Positions 19,064 through 29,934 of a stretch of DNA of 64,000 nucleotides are shown one piece after another. Source of the stretch: a virus (Duplodnaviria > Caudoviricetes); IMG/VR virus record IMGVR_UViG_3300021387_000034, positions 18,011 to 82,010 of that record; one strand, written 5' to 3'. The notes beneath the pieces were generated by a model. It saw only the letters and a program-made list of their open reading frames with translations. It ran no database searches and was not told the origin of the DNA. A program made the position numbers and the translations under genes. Numbering within the stretch: the first letter of the stretch is position 1; each line of letters starts with the position of its first letter.

Positions 19064-19703
19064 CTTAAAATGTCAACGTTTTGGCCGGCTAATTGTGAAA
19101 GATTTTGTTGGACTAAATAAAAATAGAAAGGCGACATGGGATTGCTTGTGTGATTGTGGTAAAAAAGTTACCGTTGTGGGGACATCTTTAATTAATGGCT
19201 CAACAACATCTTGTGGATGCTACGCTTTGAAATCAAAACAAGAAAGATTTAAAAAGCACGGTTTAAGGAATCACGATTTGTACAAAACGTGGCTTAACAT
19301 AAAAGCGCGTTGTTATAATCCTAAAAATAATCATTACAAATACTACGGCGAACGTGGGATTAAAATGTGTGATGAGTGGAAAGATAATTTTGATAACTTT
19401 TTTAATTGGGCAATTAATAACGGATGGAAACGTGGACTGTCAATAGAAAGGATTGACAACAACAAACAATATGAGCCACAAAACTGCAAATGGATAGACA
19501 TTGGTAAGCAGTCTCAAAATAGAACAACAAACCATTATGTTGCTGACAAAAACGGAAACGTTTATACTATTGCAGAAATTTCTCGAAAAACAAATATCAA
19601 TGCGCACACATTATATTCTTGTTATAATAAACATAAAAGCATTTTGCCAACATTATATTTGCGAGGTATATATGATTATGTTGAAACAGATAACCAAAAA
19701 TAA
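19047..19703 (+). CDS. HNH homing endonuclease-like protein
   Basis: RFGRLIV, CLCDCG, SCGC, KARCYN...YGERGI, IERIDNN..YEPQNCKW. Confidence 0.85.
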   Translation: MGKIHDLKCQRFGRLIVKDFVGLNKNRKATWDCLCDCGKKVTVVGTSLINGSTTSCGCYALKSKQERFKKHGLRNHDLYKTWLNIKARCYNPKNNHYKYYGERGIKMCDEWKDNFDNFFNWAINNGWKRGLSIERIDNNKQYEPQNCKWIDIGKQSQNRTTNHYVADKNGNVYTIAEISRKTNINAHTLYSCYNKHKSILPTLYLRGIYDYVETDNQK

Positions 19704-19809
19704 AGCCCTACAAGCGCATTTTATTGCATCGGTAGTCAACTACACCGCAGTTGCATAGAAATGTGCTTAAAACGGCTAAAAAGTGGCTTAAATCGAAAAA
19801 TGAATAACC

Positions 19810-20211
19810 ATGAATAGATTTATATTACAAGGTTTTATAAATACAATCAAATATTTGCCTGATGCTTGTTTGATTTTTATTGACGATTACGAAGCAGGAT
19901 TTAAACGTCCAAACGGAGAAATCGTTGATGATAAATATATGTCATGGAAAGTGATTTTCCCAAACGGAATGAAATCCTTTATAAACAAATATTTTGGTAA
20001 CGGGATGTTAGTGGATATAGTTGCCAAGATGAAGCCCTATGAAATAGAACAAGAAAAAATAGTAGAAGGGTATAGTTGTTTGGGGTTAAGCATACAAAAA
20101 GCAAGTTATCCAAGGTCATCTGTGAAACAAGAACGTAAGATGGTTAAGGAAAGCCTATTACATTCCACAGGGACACCCGATTTGGACGCTTACAATGAAC
20201 CCGATTTCTAA
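19810..20211 (+). CDS. SSB-like OB-fold protein
   Basis: beta-rich core, acidic aromatic tail DAYNEPDF. Confidence 0.45.
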   Translation: MNRFILQGFINTIKYLPDACLIFIDDYEAGFKRPNGEIVDDKYMSWKVIFPNGMKSFINKYFGNGMLVDIVAKMKPYEIEQEKIVEGYSCLGLSIQKASYPRSSVKQERKMVKESLLHSTGTPDLDAYNEPDF

Positions 20212-20266
20212 ATTGTTTATAAACAAGAATATGTTATCATTTACAAATTAAAAAAATCGCGTAATT

Positions 20267-20785
20267 ATGGAAAAAGAACAAGACATGAAAAAGACCATCT
20301 ACGTTCTAAATAAAGAAAACGTAGAAATGAGGCGTGAGATTATTTCGTTGAAACGTCAAATCGGTGGTTACAAGGCTGCTAATGAACGTTACCGTAAAGA
20401 CCTTGAAAAGTGCAAGAAAGAAGCACAGAAAGAGGTTTCACGCTTGCATGCTGAACTTAAAAACGCAAAAGCATACACAAATGAAGCGGTCGAATTGAAC
20501 GAAAAGAAAGCCTTGCGTATCAACACGCTTGAAAAAGCACTCGATGACATGACTGAACAAAGAGGTGTGGCAATCAAAGATGTTGAAAAGGTCAATGAAA
20601 TTAATGCTGAACTTTCCAAAAAACTTGCCGACAAAGACGATGCGCTTACGACCGCAAATGAGAAAGTTGATTTGGTATCGCAAAACAACAAGGATTTGGC
20701 CGACAAGATTTGCGCTTTGCAAGCGCAAATTGATTGGTACAACAACTTGCCTTGGTACAAGAAAATCTTTGTAAAGACGATATGA
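20267..20785 (+). CDS. coiled-coil protein
   Basis: continuous heptads, C-terminal LPWYKKIF. Confidence 0.75.
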   Translation: MEKEQDMKKTIYVLNKENVEMRREIISLKRQIGGYKAANERYRKDLEKCKKEAQKEVSRLHAELKNAKAYTNEAVELNEKKALRINTLEKALDDMTEQRGVAIKDVEKVNEINAELSKKLADKDDALTTANEKVDLVSQNNKDLADKICALQAQIDWYNNLPWYKKIFVKTI

Positions 20786-20819
20786 GTGCAAACAATTTCC
20801 CAGATGTGTTGCTTAAAAT

Positions 20820-20853
20820 GAAAGGTCGCTATCCTCACGGACTGCGGCCTTTC
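20820..20853. terminator. hairpin between convergent transcription units
   Basis: GAAAGGTCGC-14nt-GCGGCCTTTC. Confidence 0.6.
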
Positions 20854-20917
20854 TCAACTTCAACAACAAAGTTTTCTTTCTTTGTCTATGTTAGCATGAA
20901 AAACGTAATCATATCTT

Positions 20918-21403
20918 TTATTGCGTCGGTGCATCAAGTGTGTGTAAGGTCAAAGTACCCATTACCCATGATGCGTTTCCTCGTTGCAGTTTTACAGTCG
21001 TAGGTTTGTATTCTTTCAAGCATACACAATGCACATAACGATTGTTTACATAAGAGGATTGTACCCACACGTCACTATTCGTCATATAGTCAACAAAAGC
21101 ATTGTGTTGTGTCATAACGTCAATATTATGGTTGGTGGTATACTTGCTATGAACGATGAACGTTATTTCCAAATCAACGTTTTCACGGATAACTATTGGG
21201 ACGTTTTCGTGTTCGGTGGTTATCAAAAAATCCTCTTCTTGCTCGTTTATCCATTGTGCCGTATAGATGTTCACTGGCTTTCCCTTGGAAAGAAAACCAT
21301 CAACTTTTAACACACGTACACCATCAAACAATGTAGTAACGTCCGCAAAAGTACCGTTTTCGGTGTTCTTTACGAAATATTTGTTTCTTAAATCTTGTGC
21401 CAT
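20918..21403 (-). CDS. distal tail (Dit)-like protein
   Basis: position after tape measure, beta-rich, size. Confidence 0.45.
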   Translation of the reverse strand: MAQDLRNKYFVKNTENGTFADVTTLFDGVRVLKVDGFLSKGKPVNIYTAQWINEQEEDFLITTEHENVPIVIRENVDLEITFIVHSKYTTNHNIDVMTQHNAFVDYMTNSDVWVQSSYVNNRYVHCVCLKEYKPTTVKLQRGNASWVMGTLTLHTLDAPTQ

Positions 21404-21415
21404 AATCTTCGTTTC

Positions 21416-22018
21416 CTATAATCTAAGTTCCTTATCAAATGTTTTTACATCTGCAAGACAATACTTGCTAATTTCCACTTGCGCATCTTTTGAATATTTG
21501 TAAATGAAAACTTTGGTCGTTTCATCACCACAATCATCAATCACAATCTTGCTATCATCAAACAAGTAAACGCAAATGGAATTGTACCCTTCTGGTGAAA
21601 TCTTAACCGTTGACCCACAACCAATATATATGATAGGACACTTTGTTTCACCTATGCGCAACGTTACATCCTTAACCCACATATACGCAGTAACATCTGC
21701 GCATGGTTTAAGAAAATAATCGTTCTCTCCGACCCACATTTCATAAGTGTACCCATGTTCTCCGTCACAATCTTTAAGCGTTTTGCTACCATTGATATAA
21801 TTGCTAAAGACGTTAAGAATGTATTCCTTGCTTACTCCCTTGCCTTGATAGCAATGCGTGATAATGTATGGCAGTGATTGTTGACGTAACGCAAGGCTAA
21901 TAAGCTTCTCTTTATCATCACCACACGCTCTCCATTCATTCTTATATTCCGCACAAAGCGGGGTCGTTATTGCCCCACTAAGTGCGTTTTTGTAGAAAGA
22001 AAACATTTCCTTTTCCAT
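21416..22018 (-). CDS. hypothetical protein in tail operon
   Basis: between TMP and Dit-like gene; beta-repeat-like C-half. Confidence 0.65.
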   Translation of the reverse strand: MEKEMFSFYKNALSGAITTPLCAEYKNEWRACGDDKEKLISLALRQQSLPYIITHCYQGKGVSKEYILNVFSNYINGSKTLKDCDGEHGYTYEMWVGENDYFLKPCADVTAYMWVKDVTLRIGETKCPIIYIGCGSTVKISPEGYNSICVYLFDDSKIVIDDCGDETTKVFIYKYSKDAQVEISKYCLADVKTFDKELRL

Positions 22019-22038
22019 ATCAATTTCCTTTTTTTTGT

Positions 22039-25000
22039 TTAACTTACTAATTCAACCATAAATGCACGTCCGCTTGGATTGATGACGTTTTGCAATAGGT
22101 TTTCGATGTTTTGCTGTACAACATACGATTGTTGTAATTGCAAAAGCATTTGCGACAACGTAGCCACTTGTGCGTCAAGTTCAAATCCAAGGATAGTATC
22201 ACGAATTTGGGTAAGAATATCGCTTTGCAGATAGACTTGCTGCGATACACTATTCATGTAAGCCTCAATAGCCCCAGCCGTATCTTCGCTTACGCTGGCA
22301 ATGCCTTGTTGTAATTTGCTAAGTGCTTGTTCGCTTGTAGCGTCTTTGATAAGCCCCATTTCATGCAAGATATTTTCAAGTTCACTGATATATCCTTCAA
22401 GTTCGGGCGAAACATCACGCAAGTCACCTGCCCAACGGCGAATATCATCCGTTGTCGGTGTGGTAGCTTCCTCTAATGCTTTTTGCGCTTGGTTTATGTA
22501 GCCTTCCATCATGGCTTTCCATTCTTCGTATGTTATTTTTTGCCAGCCTTTTGTAAGGTAATCATAATAAGCCGTTCCCCAATCTGTTGTGTAAGCCCAA
22601 CCTCCATCTTTGTTTTTTAATAAATAGTAACCTTCGCCAGTATCGTTTGTGATGGTTTTTATGTGGTCATAGGCGTTTCGCATTTTAACCAAAATATCAT
22701 CCCAACCCTTACCACGTTCTTGAATATCTTTGTCAATATTTTCCCAAATATTATTAATCATTGGGCCAAGTATTCTTGCAGCGAACACTTGTTTAATCAT
22801 GTTAGCAATCATATCATCAATGCTACCATTGAAAACTTGCATAGCGTCTTCCCCGTTGCGTAAAGCGTTCACAATATCATCCATCATGGCTTTTACGGCA
22901 TCGGAAACACTTGAAATACCTAAGAACGAATTTGTTATGTCATTACGCATATCCTTTAGTTCGTTCTCTAATTCGATAATTTGTCCTTCTAAGTCGGCAA
23001 TACGTCCCGCATCGCGTTTCTTGCTTGACTTCCCCCTTTCAAGTTGCAATTGGCGTTGTAATTCCGCAAGTTGTAATTCCTTGTTGACAATAGCTGCCTT
23101 ACGTGCTCCGATTTGTTGCGCACCGAAAGCTTCTTCTATCGCACGTTGCAAGTTCTTGTAGGCGTTTTCAAGTCGTTTAACGGCAAGTTCCGAGTTTTTA
23201 ATTTCTCTATCTATCTTTTTGTCGCGATTGTCCATCCAAGTTCCAATAACGCTTGTAACACCGCTTAAAACGCTTGCAGCACCGCCTATGTAGTCGCCGC
23301 TTGCTATCTGTCCTATTCCTTGTGCGGCTGTAGCAACGCCTCCTATTGATGTTGCAATGTCGTTAATTGTCTCCACAGTATTTTCATCAGCGCCAAGTGC
23401 TTCTGCAAAGCTGCCAATTTCCTTTGTTATGTTTGCCACCTTTTGCATTTCACCACCGATAGCATCCATCCCAGATGCGAAGTTTTTCAAACCGCCACCT
23501 TCTTTCTTTGAGAAACTATCCTTTATCTTTTCCCAAGGGCTGCTTTCAGCTATCTTTTGCTGAACGCCATCAATTTGCTTGTTTATCTTAATGTATTCTT
23601 CAAGAGAAATTGTAGTCTTTTTAATTTGCCCTTGTTTGTCTTTGGCAAATATATCATACACGACTTTTCCCTTGTTGTCAGTCCTTTGTGTGTATCCAAC
23701 TCCGCTGTTACCTTGTCTTGGAGACATTACTTCCTTTGCTACTTTGGCAATCTCTTTTAGTTTTCTTACACTAACATTATACATGTCGCCGAATAAGTTC
23801 TCATAGAATGGAAGCAATTTTACGCTTTCCATCTTCAACTTTTCTATTGCCTCTTTTTGTTCTTGTATGCGAAGTTCTAACAAATGTTTCAGCCTTGCAT
23901 TTGTTTCATTTGCAGCTTGGTCTTCAAGTTTTTTTAACTTGGCGTTTTCTATTTCTATCTTTTTGTTTATGTCACCGAGTTTGTATTCAAGGTCTTGTAT
24001 TGATTTAACCGTATCTTGCGCCCACTTCTTAGCAACACCTTGTGCTTCTTTGAACTTTGGCGTTATCTTGTCGAGCGCATCCGTGTTTTTGCCAATAACA
24101 TTTCCGTTCTCGTCAAGTACATCAACGACAAGACCGACTTGTTTACCCCATTCTTCCCATTCTTTGGCACCAGCCTTGAAAATATTGAGAGGAACATCGA
24201 GGTTTAGTTTCTTTCTTGCGTTATCAAATTCTTGTTGTACGCGTGACATGTATTCGTCAATCGTTTTTGGAAAATCTGATGCGTCAATATTGAACATGTC
24301 AAGAAACATATTACCCAATTCTGGATTAGCATCCAACTCGACTGCCAACTCGTATTCATCTTTCAATTTTCCAAGTTCGCTATTCAAGCCGTCTGTAATC
24401 ATTTTCATGTCGTAGGTCTTTGCATCAATCGTAAGTTTTTGGATTTCCACTTCCAAATCCTTTAGGCTCGATGTCTTGACCTTACCGCTTGCAATAAGCG
24501 TATCGCGTTGCTTTGTAAGGCTATCAAGCAGTTGTCTAACGTTCTTACCCGCGAAGTCACTTGCGTTAAACTTGCTAATGCCAAATTTTTGCAATACGTT
24601 GTTAACACGTTCAAGCGTCAATTCGTAGCCTTGTGCGGAAAGTTTAAGTGCATCGGTATCTCTTATGCCTGCCTTGCGTAACTTGTCGTAGTTGCTACGC
24701 ATTTCCTTGATGATAGACAATTCTTGTTTTATTGCTTCGGCAACGTAATCCGTACTTGTCTTACCCTTTGTCTTTTTCTCTTTTTCGTAAGATTGATTAA
24801 AGAGGTCGAGTAAGTTCTTGCGTTGTTGAATTTCATCATTGTTAGCTTTAATTTGGGCTTTTGACCATTTGGAACTATCTTTTGCATACAACTTGTTCTG
24901 TTCTCGTAAAGCTTTGATAGCATCTTGTTGAGTCTTAACCCATGTTTGTAAGTTGTCGTTTTGCGTTGGCAACATAGAATCATTACCAAAATCAAGTACC

Positions 25001-27855
25001 TTTGGTGCTTTCCCGATACGCTCTTGTACTTGCTTTTGGAAGTCGGTTAATTGTTGAGCGTTGAAAGCGATGCCAATTTGTATTCTTAATTGACTTGCGT
25101 CGTCAACCATTTTCTTGATGGCATCATAATACAAAGGCATTGCATCTTTAAAATGTTCTAAGTTTTGGTCAATAGCCTTTTGCTGCTCGTCTATTTGTGC
25201 ATCCGAAAGCCCTTTACCTGTTTTAATCCATTCATCAGTAATATCTTCAAAAGCATGATGGTAGTTATGTTTTAACCGTTCCATGAACATAGCCCACAAA
25301 GACGCATTTTTATCAACTGCTCCGTTGGTGAGTGCGGACATACGTTCGTCTAACGACACGTCAAACAATGTAGCCAATTCGCCCTTGATTTCAGGGTTAC
25401 GTGTTTTGATTTGCGCCCTTACACGTGAAAGTATTTCGTTGATTTGCAATGGGTCTGTAATGTTATATGCCGTTATGAAATTATTGATGCTTTCGGCAGT
25501 TGTTTCAATCTCTTCAAGAAATTCTTCTCTGTCGTTTTTGTATTCACCAATCTTTCCCATCCATTCCATTGCAGCCTGCATATCCTTGTTGTTTTTGCGT
25601 GCAATTTCAAGATATTTGTTTGTTGTGTCTGCGTAATCTTTAAGGTCGCTTACCAACCCTTCGCCAAACACACCCCACCATCCCTTGTCGGAAGTAAGCT
25701 CTATTGTATCGTCTCGTAAGTCTTGTAGTGCTGCTTGAGCCTTTTGTATTTTTTCTACATAGTCAAATCCTTTTGCGACACGTTCATTTACGTTATTTAT
25801 TTGCCAAAGTTCACCGATTAAAGCGTTTGCAGACGATGCGGATTGGTTAAGTTGTTGTTCTACACTTTCCCACGCTTTTGCGGCTTGTTCTGCGGAAAGT
25901 TTGCCTTCTTTTGCCGCCTCGCGTATCGCTTTGTTGCCCTTGTTATTCAGCCAATCAATATTAGAATTGGATGCTTCGGTAGCATTTTTACGTATTTCAT
26001 CATTAAGTTTTTCCAATTCAATACGTGCCGCACGGAATTGTCCTATAAGGTCTGTAACGGCTAATAATCCCAAGAATACCCATGTCCAAGGATTTGCAGC
26101 CATTGCACCAATTGACTTGCCAAGTCCTTTTATGGTGTTTGCAAGAAAGCCCATTTGTTTTGCTGTGCTTCCTGCTGACGCAGCCCATGCCATGTTGTTA
26201 CGGATGGCAATCATTTGGGCAACTTTCAAAAAACCAAGCGAAAGTATAACGTTCTCTAAGACGCGATTAACCGAAGACCAATTTTGCAGCAACGCTTTCA
26301 ATCCTTGTATTGGTAACGAAAGCAATGCTTGATTATTCTCACCCATTTCGTTAAGCATATTGTTATATGCAAGGGTAAGATTAGCCATTTGCACACGTAA
26401 CGTTTCGGCTTGCTTGGCTTGGAACTCAAAGAACTTTCCGCCTTGGTCGGTTATCTTGTTTAATACCGCCATAACATCGGTGTAGGAAACCATCTTATTT
26501 TTCATTCTGTCAAACACATCTCCCGTGCTGACCACTTTACCTTCAAGTTCGGTGTAGTAGTTGGCAAGCATAGGAACGATAGCCAAACCTGCATTGGCAA
26601 AGTCACGCGCATCACGTGCTGTAAGAACCGTTTGCGCACGTATCTGACCAAGGTTGTAAACCAATCGTTCCATAGGCACACCCAAAGCCGCGCTAATATC
26701 CGCAAGCCTACGTGTAGTGTCAACAACCTCGTTAGCTTCAAAGTTATATGCTGTAAGTTGTTTTGCAGCACCAGCAAGTTCCATAAGCGTGAATGGCGAC
26801 TCAATAGCCATTGTATTCAACTCTTGGAATATCTGTGAACCTTTCTCAAAAGAATTAACCAACACACCTAACGAACGCTCTAATAATTCGTATTGCCCAC
26901 GAATTTCATAGATTTGCTTAGTAAAATTGGTTATCGCACCAAGTGTAAGCGCATAGACGACGCGATTACGTATATATCCAAAAGATTGTGCCAACATATT
27001 GTTTGAATGTGTGGCTTGTATGTTTCTACCAAGCAATTCGGATTGCAAACGTGAAAGCCTTTGGTATTCATCTCCTAATCTTTTTACTTGTGTAGCATTA
27101 TTTGGGTTAATGGAAACTCGTTTTAAAGCAGCCATCTTTTTTGCGATAGCATCAACGCTTGATTCGTCCATGCCAAGAACGTCACGCATCTTCAAAGGTT
27201 GCTTGCTACGTATCTTGTCTATCTTATCGCGTAACTTGTCGATTTCCCTTGAAACGGATTGGATTTCCGAAGGCTTGAAAAAACCTGCATTGCGCATACT
27301 ATTGCGAATACGTTCAAGGGCTTGTATTTGTTTTTCTATTTGTGCTACATCGTTGTTGGGAAGCAACTTTGCCGATTTTAGACTTTCTTTTATTCTTGCG
27401 CGTGTTATTTCTTCTGTTGTCCTAAGTTCATCTCTAAGATTGCTTCTTAATTTCCCATGTATGTTAACTTGTTCTTGTAACGCAATCGTTCCACGTTGTT
27501 GTTGGTTTACAATTTCCGCTTGTTCTTTTATTCTTGCCCTTAATTCCGCAATGGTGTTAGGTTGTGCGCTTGAACCACCACCACTTGTACCACCACGGCT
27601 GCCAACAGCGGATTGTGCCGCTACCATTGCATCAAAAGAACTTGACATATTGCGCCAAGCCTCTTTCATCAAGTCAACACTAACCTTTTGCGTAACGGCA
27701 AAATCTTTCATGGCAAGTTTCATCTTGTCAAGACCTTTGGTGAACTTGTCCGCCATATCGTTAGTTTTATTGCCGACAAATTTAACAAGTTCATTAATCG
27801 AATTACGCAATTCCTTGTCGTTAAGACTACCGACTATTATAACATCGTCATTCAT
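22039..27855 (-). CDS. tail tape measure protein
   Basis: 1938 aa helical; tape-measure domain ESPFTLMELAGAAKQLTAYNF...LGQIRAQ; follows chaperone genes. Confidence 0.92.
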   Translation of the reverse strand: MNDDVIIVGSLNDKELRNSINELVKFVGNKTNDMADKFTKGLDKMKLAMKDFAVTQKVSVDLMKEAWRNMSSSFDAMVAAQSAVGSRGGTSGGGSSAQPNTIAELRARIKEQAEIVNQQQRGTIALQEQVNIHGKLRSNLRDELRTTEEITRARIKESLKSAKLLPNNDVAQIEKQIQALERIRNSMRNAGFFKPSEIQSVSREIDKLRDKIDKIRSKQPLKMRDVLGMDESSVDAIAKKMAALKRVSINPNNATQVKRLGDEYQRLSRLQSELLGRNIQATHSNNMLAQSFGYIRNRVVYALTLGAITNFTKQIYEIRGQYELLERSLGVLVNSFEKGSQIFQELNTMAIESPFTLMELAGAAKQLTAYNFEANEVVDTTRRLADISAALGVPMERLVYNLGQIRAQTVLTARDARDFANAGLAIVPMLANYYTELEGKVVSTGDVFDRMKNKMVSYTDVMAVLNKITDQGGKFFEFQAKQAETLRVQMANLTLAYNNMLNEMGENNQALLSLPIQGLKALLQNWSSVNRVLENVILSLGFLKVAQMIAIRNNMAWAASAGSTAKQMGFLANTIKGLGKSIGAMAANPWTWVFLGLLAVTDLIGQFRAARIELEKLNDEIRKNATEASNSNIDWLNNKGNKAIREAAKEGKLSAEQAAKAWESVEQQLNQSASSANALIGELWQINNVNERVAKGFDYVEKIQKAQAALQDLRDDTIELTSDKGWWGVFGEGLVSDLKDYADTTNKYLEIARKNNKDMQAAMEWMGKIGEYKNDREEFLEEIETTAESINNFITAYNITDPLQINEILSRVRAQIKTRNPEIKGELATLFDVSLDERMSALTNGAVDKNASLWAMFMERLKHNYHHAFEDITDEWIKTGKGLSDAQIDEQQKAIDQNLEHFKDAMPLYYDAIKKMVDDASQLRIQIGIAFNAQQLTDFQKQVQERIGKAPKVLDFGNDSMLPTQNDNLQTWVKTQQDAIKALREQNKLYAKDSSKWSKAQIKANNDEIQQRKNLLDLFNQSYEKEKKTKGKTSTDYVAEAIKQELSIIKEMRSNYDKLRKAGIRDTDALKLSAQGYELTLERVNNVLQKFGISKFNASDFAGKNVRQLLDSLTKQRDTLIASGKVKTSSLKDLEVEIQKLTIDAKTYDMKMITDGLNSELGKLKDEYELAVELDANPELGNMFLDMFNIDASDFPKTIDEYMSRVQQEFDNARKKLNLDVPLNIFKAGAKEWEEWGKQVGLVVDVLDENGNVIGKNTDALDKITPKFKEAQGVAKKWAQDTVKSIQDLEYKLGDINKKIEIENAKLKKLEDQAANETNARLKHLLELRIQEQKEAIEKLKMESVKLLPFYENLFGDMYNVSVRKLKEIAKVAKEVMSPRQGNSGVGYTQRTDNKGKVVYDIFAKDKQGQIKKTTISLEEYIKINKQIDGVQQKIAESSPWEKIKDSFSKKEGGGLKNFASGMDAIGGEMQKVANITKEIGSFAEALGADENTVETINDIATSIGGVATAAQGIGQIASGDYIGGAASVLSGVTSVIGTWMDNRDKKIDREIKNSELAVKRLENAYKNLQRAIEEAFGAQQIGARKAAIVNKELQLAELQRQLQLERGKSSKKRDAGRIADLEGQIIELENELKDMRNDITNSFLGISSVSDAVKAMMDDIVNALRNGEDAMQVFNGSIDDMIANMIKQVFAARILGPMINNIWENIDKDIQERGKGWDDILVKMRNAYDHIKTITNDTGEGYYLLKNKDGGWAYTTDWGTAYYDYLTKGWQKITYEEWKAMMEGYINQAQKALEEATTPTTDDIRRWAGDLRDVSPELEGYISELENILHEMGLIKDATSEQALSKLQQGIASVSEDTAGAIEAYMNSVSQQVYLQSDILTQIRDTILGFELDAQVATLSQMLLQLQQSYVVQQNIENLLQNVINPSGRAFMVELVS

Positions 27856-27863
27856 ATATATAG

Positions 27864-28271
27864 TTATTTGTTTTCTTTCTTATCAATAATCATTTTGCTG
27901 TTTTGCGGCCTAACGGGTATATCGATTTCTTCGCCTTCTTTCAAGTCATCAAACTTGCCCAACCCTGCCATGAAATTATCCAATTTCCTTTGCGATTCCA
28001 AAGCCTCCTTATAGTTCGTCCAAACCTTTTTGTCGTGACCGTGCAAATATTTCGTATGCGTATTGTCAACCGCCATGAATTGTATTTGGGCTATGCTAAG
28101 ACGGAAAAGATAATCGTCTAATCGGTACTGTGGAAACGCTCGAAGGAAGTCGCTTGCGTCTGCAAGGATTGTGCTTCCATAAATTGTGATGCTGTCTCCA
28201 CTGATTTCTTCTTCCTCGTCAGTAGAGAATTGGTAAGCGTACTCACCGATTTTTTGAGTAAAAAAAAACCC
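27864..28271 (-). CDS. tail assembly chaperone, -1 frameshift (GT-like) extension
   Basis: open -1 frame starting at slippery G GGT TTT TTT; no independent start needed. Confidence 0.75.
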   Translation of the reverse strand, partial: GFFFTQKIGEYAYQFSTDEEEEISGDSITIYGSTILADASDFLRAFPQYRLDDYLFRLSIAQIQFMAVDNTHTKYLHGHDKKVWTNYKEALESQRKLDNFMAGLGKFDDLKEGEEIDIPVRPQNSKMIIDKKENK

Positions 28272-28801
28272 GACAAGTCGATAGACTTTATAGCCCCCAA
28301 TATGATAGCCGCCCATTGGTTAGGTTCATAAGTGCTTTGCATAACCACGCCTTTCATAACGCTAATATAATAGTCGTTCTTTGTTCGTATCTGCTCGAAC
28401 GTTTCTATCCTATTTCCTTCAGGTGTAAACAAGTGGTTGCATAACACAATGCCGACAATTTCACACATTGCGTCAAGGTCTGTGCATAAAGCCGTTATAA
28501 TCTTGTTGTCATCATCTAAAGACTCGTCAGCCTTGTACATATCCATGACAAGCCTGCAAATGCGATATAGCGAATAATAACGCATGTTTTCAACCCTATA
28601 TTCTTTCGTTCCCAAGCGTACAAGTGACGGACAATCATTTATAATGTCAATCAACGTCCGCTTAACATCAATAGGGAAATCTTGCAATTCATTTTCCGAT
28701 TGTTCGCTTTTTGCCTTATCCGTATTATCTTTCATGCTTTGTAAATCGTAAATTCTTTGTTGTTTTCGTAAACGCTTTTGTTGTTGTGTGTATGCTTTCA
28801 A
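28118..28801 (-). CDS. tail assembly chaperone (G-like)
   Basis: between major tail and TMP, contains slippery site. Confidence 0.75.
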   Translation of the reverse strand: MKAYTQQQKRLRKQQRIYDLQSMKDNTDKAKSEQSENELQDFPIDVKRTLIDIINDCPSLVRLGTKEYRVENMRYYSLYRICRLVMDMYKADESLDDDNKIITALCTDLDAMCEIVGIVLCNHLFTPEGNRIETFEQIRTKNDYYISVMKGVVMQSTYEPNQWAAIILGAIKSIDLSGFFLLKKSVSTLTNSLLTRKKKSVETASQFMEAQSLQTQATSFERFHSTD

Positions 28802-28809
28802 ATAAACAA

Positions 28810-28845
28810 GGGGTGCATATAAGGGATGAACCCTTAACGCACCCC
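28810..28845 (-). terminator. intrinsic terminator after major tail gene
   Basis: GGGGTGC..TAAGGG-loop-CCCTTA..GCACCCC then TTGTTTATTTT. Confidence 0.6.
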
Positions 28846-28885
28846 CATGTTTACGAAAGCATAGTGTTGCCTACATGTCTAATGG

Positions 28886-29407
28886 CTAAGGATTGGTAGT
28901 AGTACCACCACCACTATTGGTAGTAGCACGACCCTTAATCTTATACATGTGGTCTTTCTCATTTTCGTCGGTGTGAACCAATGCCGTAATGGTTACGGAA
29001 TAGTTCAACGCGCCGTCTGCATCCTTCTTGATAGTACCGATGGTAAGACCCTTGTAGATGTACAAAGAGGCGTGACCACGTTGGAACTCAAGTTCCCAAG
29101 AGTGCTCGCTGGTGAAAGCGTTAGCAGCACCCTCGTATGTGTTGGTTTCCGCATCGTAAGTACCACCGAAAAGTGCAGGCAGTTCGGAAAGTTCGTAGTT
29201 AGCCAGTTCAAACGTCATCGTAACGGGGTTGCCGTCGTAGAAAATGTCGAAAGGCGAATCATAGAACTCGGCTTCAATTTCGGTGCTTTCGGGCTCATCC
29301 TGACCAATAGCAAGACCTTTCAAAACACCCATCAACTTGGTTGCGGGAGCAGCGGCGGCAGTGTCACCGTACTTGAGGGCAATTGCCTTAACAGTTGTTT
29401 TTCCCAT
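28886..29407 (-). CDS. major tail tube protein
   Basis: position, size, beta-rich, highly-expressed codon usage. Confidence 0.75.
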   Translation of the reverse strand: MGKTTVKAIALKYGDTAAAAPATKLMGVLKGLAIGQDEPESTEIEAEFYDSPFDIFYDGNPVTMTFELANYELSELPALFGGTYDAETNTYEGAANAFTSEHSWELEFQRGHASLYIYKGLTIGTIKKDADGALNYSVTITALVHTDENEKDHMYKIKGRATTNSGGGTTTNP

Positions 29408-29472
29408 AATCTTTTCCCTTTCTTTATTTAGTTTAACTTGTTTTTTATAATCTCTTTTTCTTGTTCTTTTCG

Positions 29473-29913
29473 TTATTCTTGTTTGTAATCTGTTCCTACG
29501 ATGAATGATTTGGTGAACACGTGGAATTGGTTTCCCTTTTGTGCCGTTTCGTCATCGTCCATAGATATTGTCGTATCTGGAACAATGAAATATTGTCCGT
29601 CATGGTTTTCGCTTTGTTCGGTATTGATAATGGTATTGATACCGTTTTCAAATGCCCTATAAAGCGTTTTATTTAGCCGTCCACGTGTCTTTTTAGGAAC
29701 ATAAGCGGTAACGTAACAACGCGCACAAAGATAAGTTTCGCAAGAAAATTCCGAATCATCGTTTAATGTGCCTACACGGATAACGATAAAGCCGTCATCA
29801 ACGTCACTTTCCGTTGTTTCCGTAGGTTCTCCCATAGTGTACACATTTTCCGAAACTTGTTTCATCAAGTCCGAAAGATAGTTGTATATGTCTATTCGTG
29901 AATCGTTAATCAT
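29473..29913 (-). CDS. tail terminator-like protein
   Basis: synteny just upstream of major tail. Confidence 0.5.
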   Translation of the reverse strand: MINDSRIDIYNYLSDLMKQVSENVYTMGEPTETTESDVDDGFIVIRVGTLNDDSEFSCETYLCARCYVTAYVPKKTRGRLNKTLYRAFENGINTIINTEQSENHDGQYFIVPDTTISMDDDETAQKGNQFHVFTKSFIVGTDYKQE

Positions 29914-29934
29914 CTTTACCTACACTTATTATTT

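Noticed and set aside
26999-27889. 296-aa plus-strand ORF and other ORFs over the tape measure gene
   Set aside because: Typical antisense frames of a helical K/E/A-rich gene.
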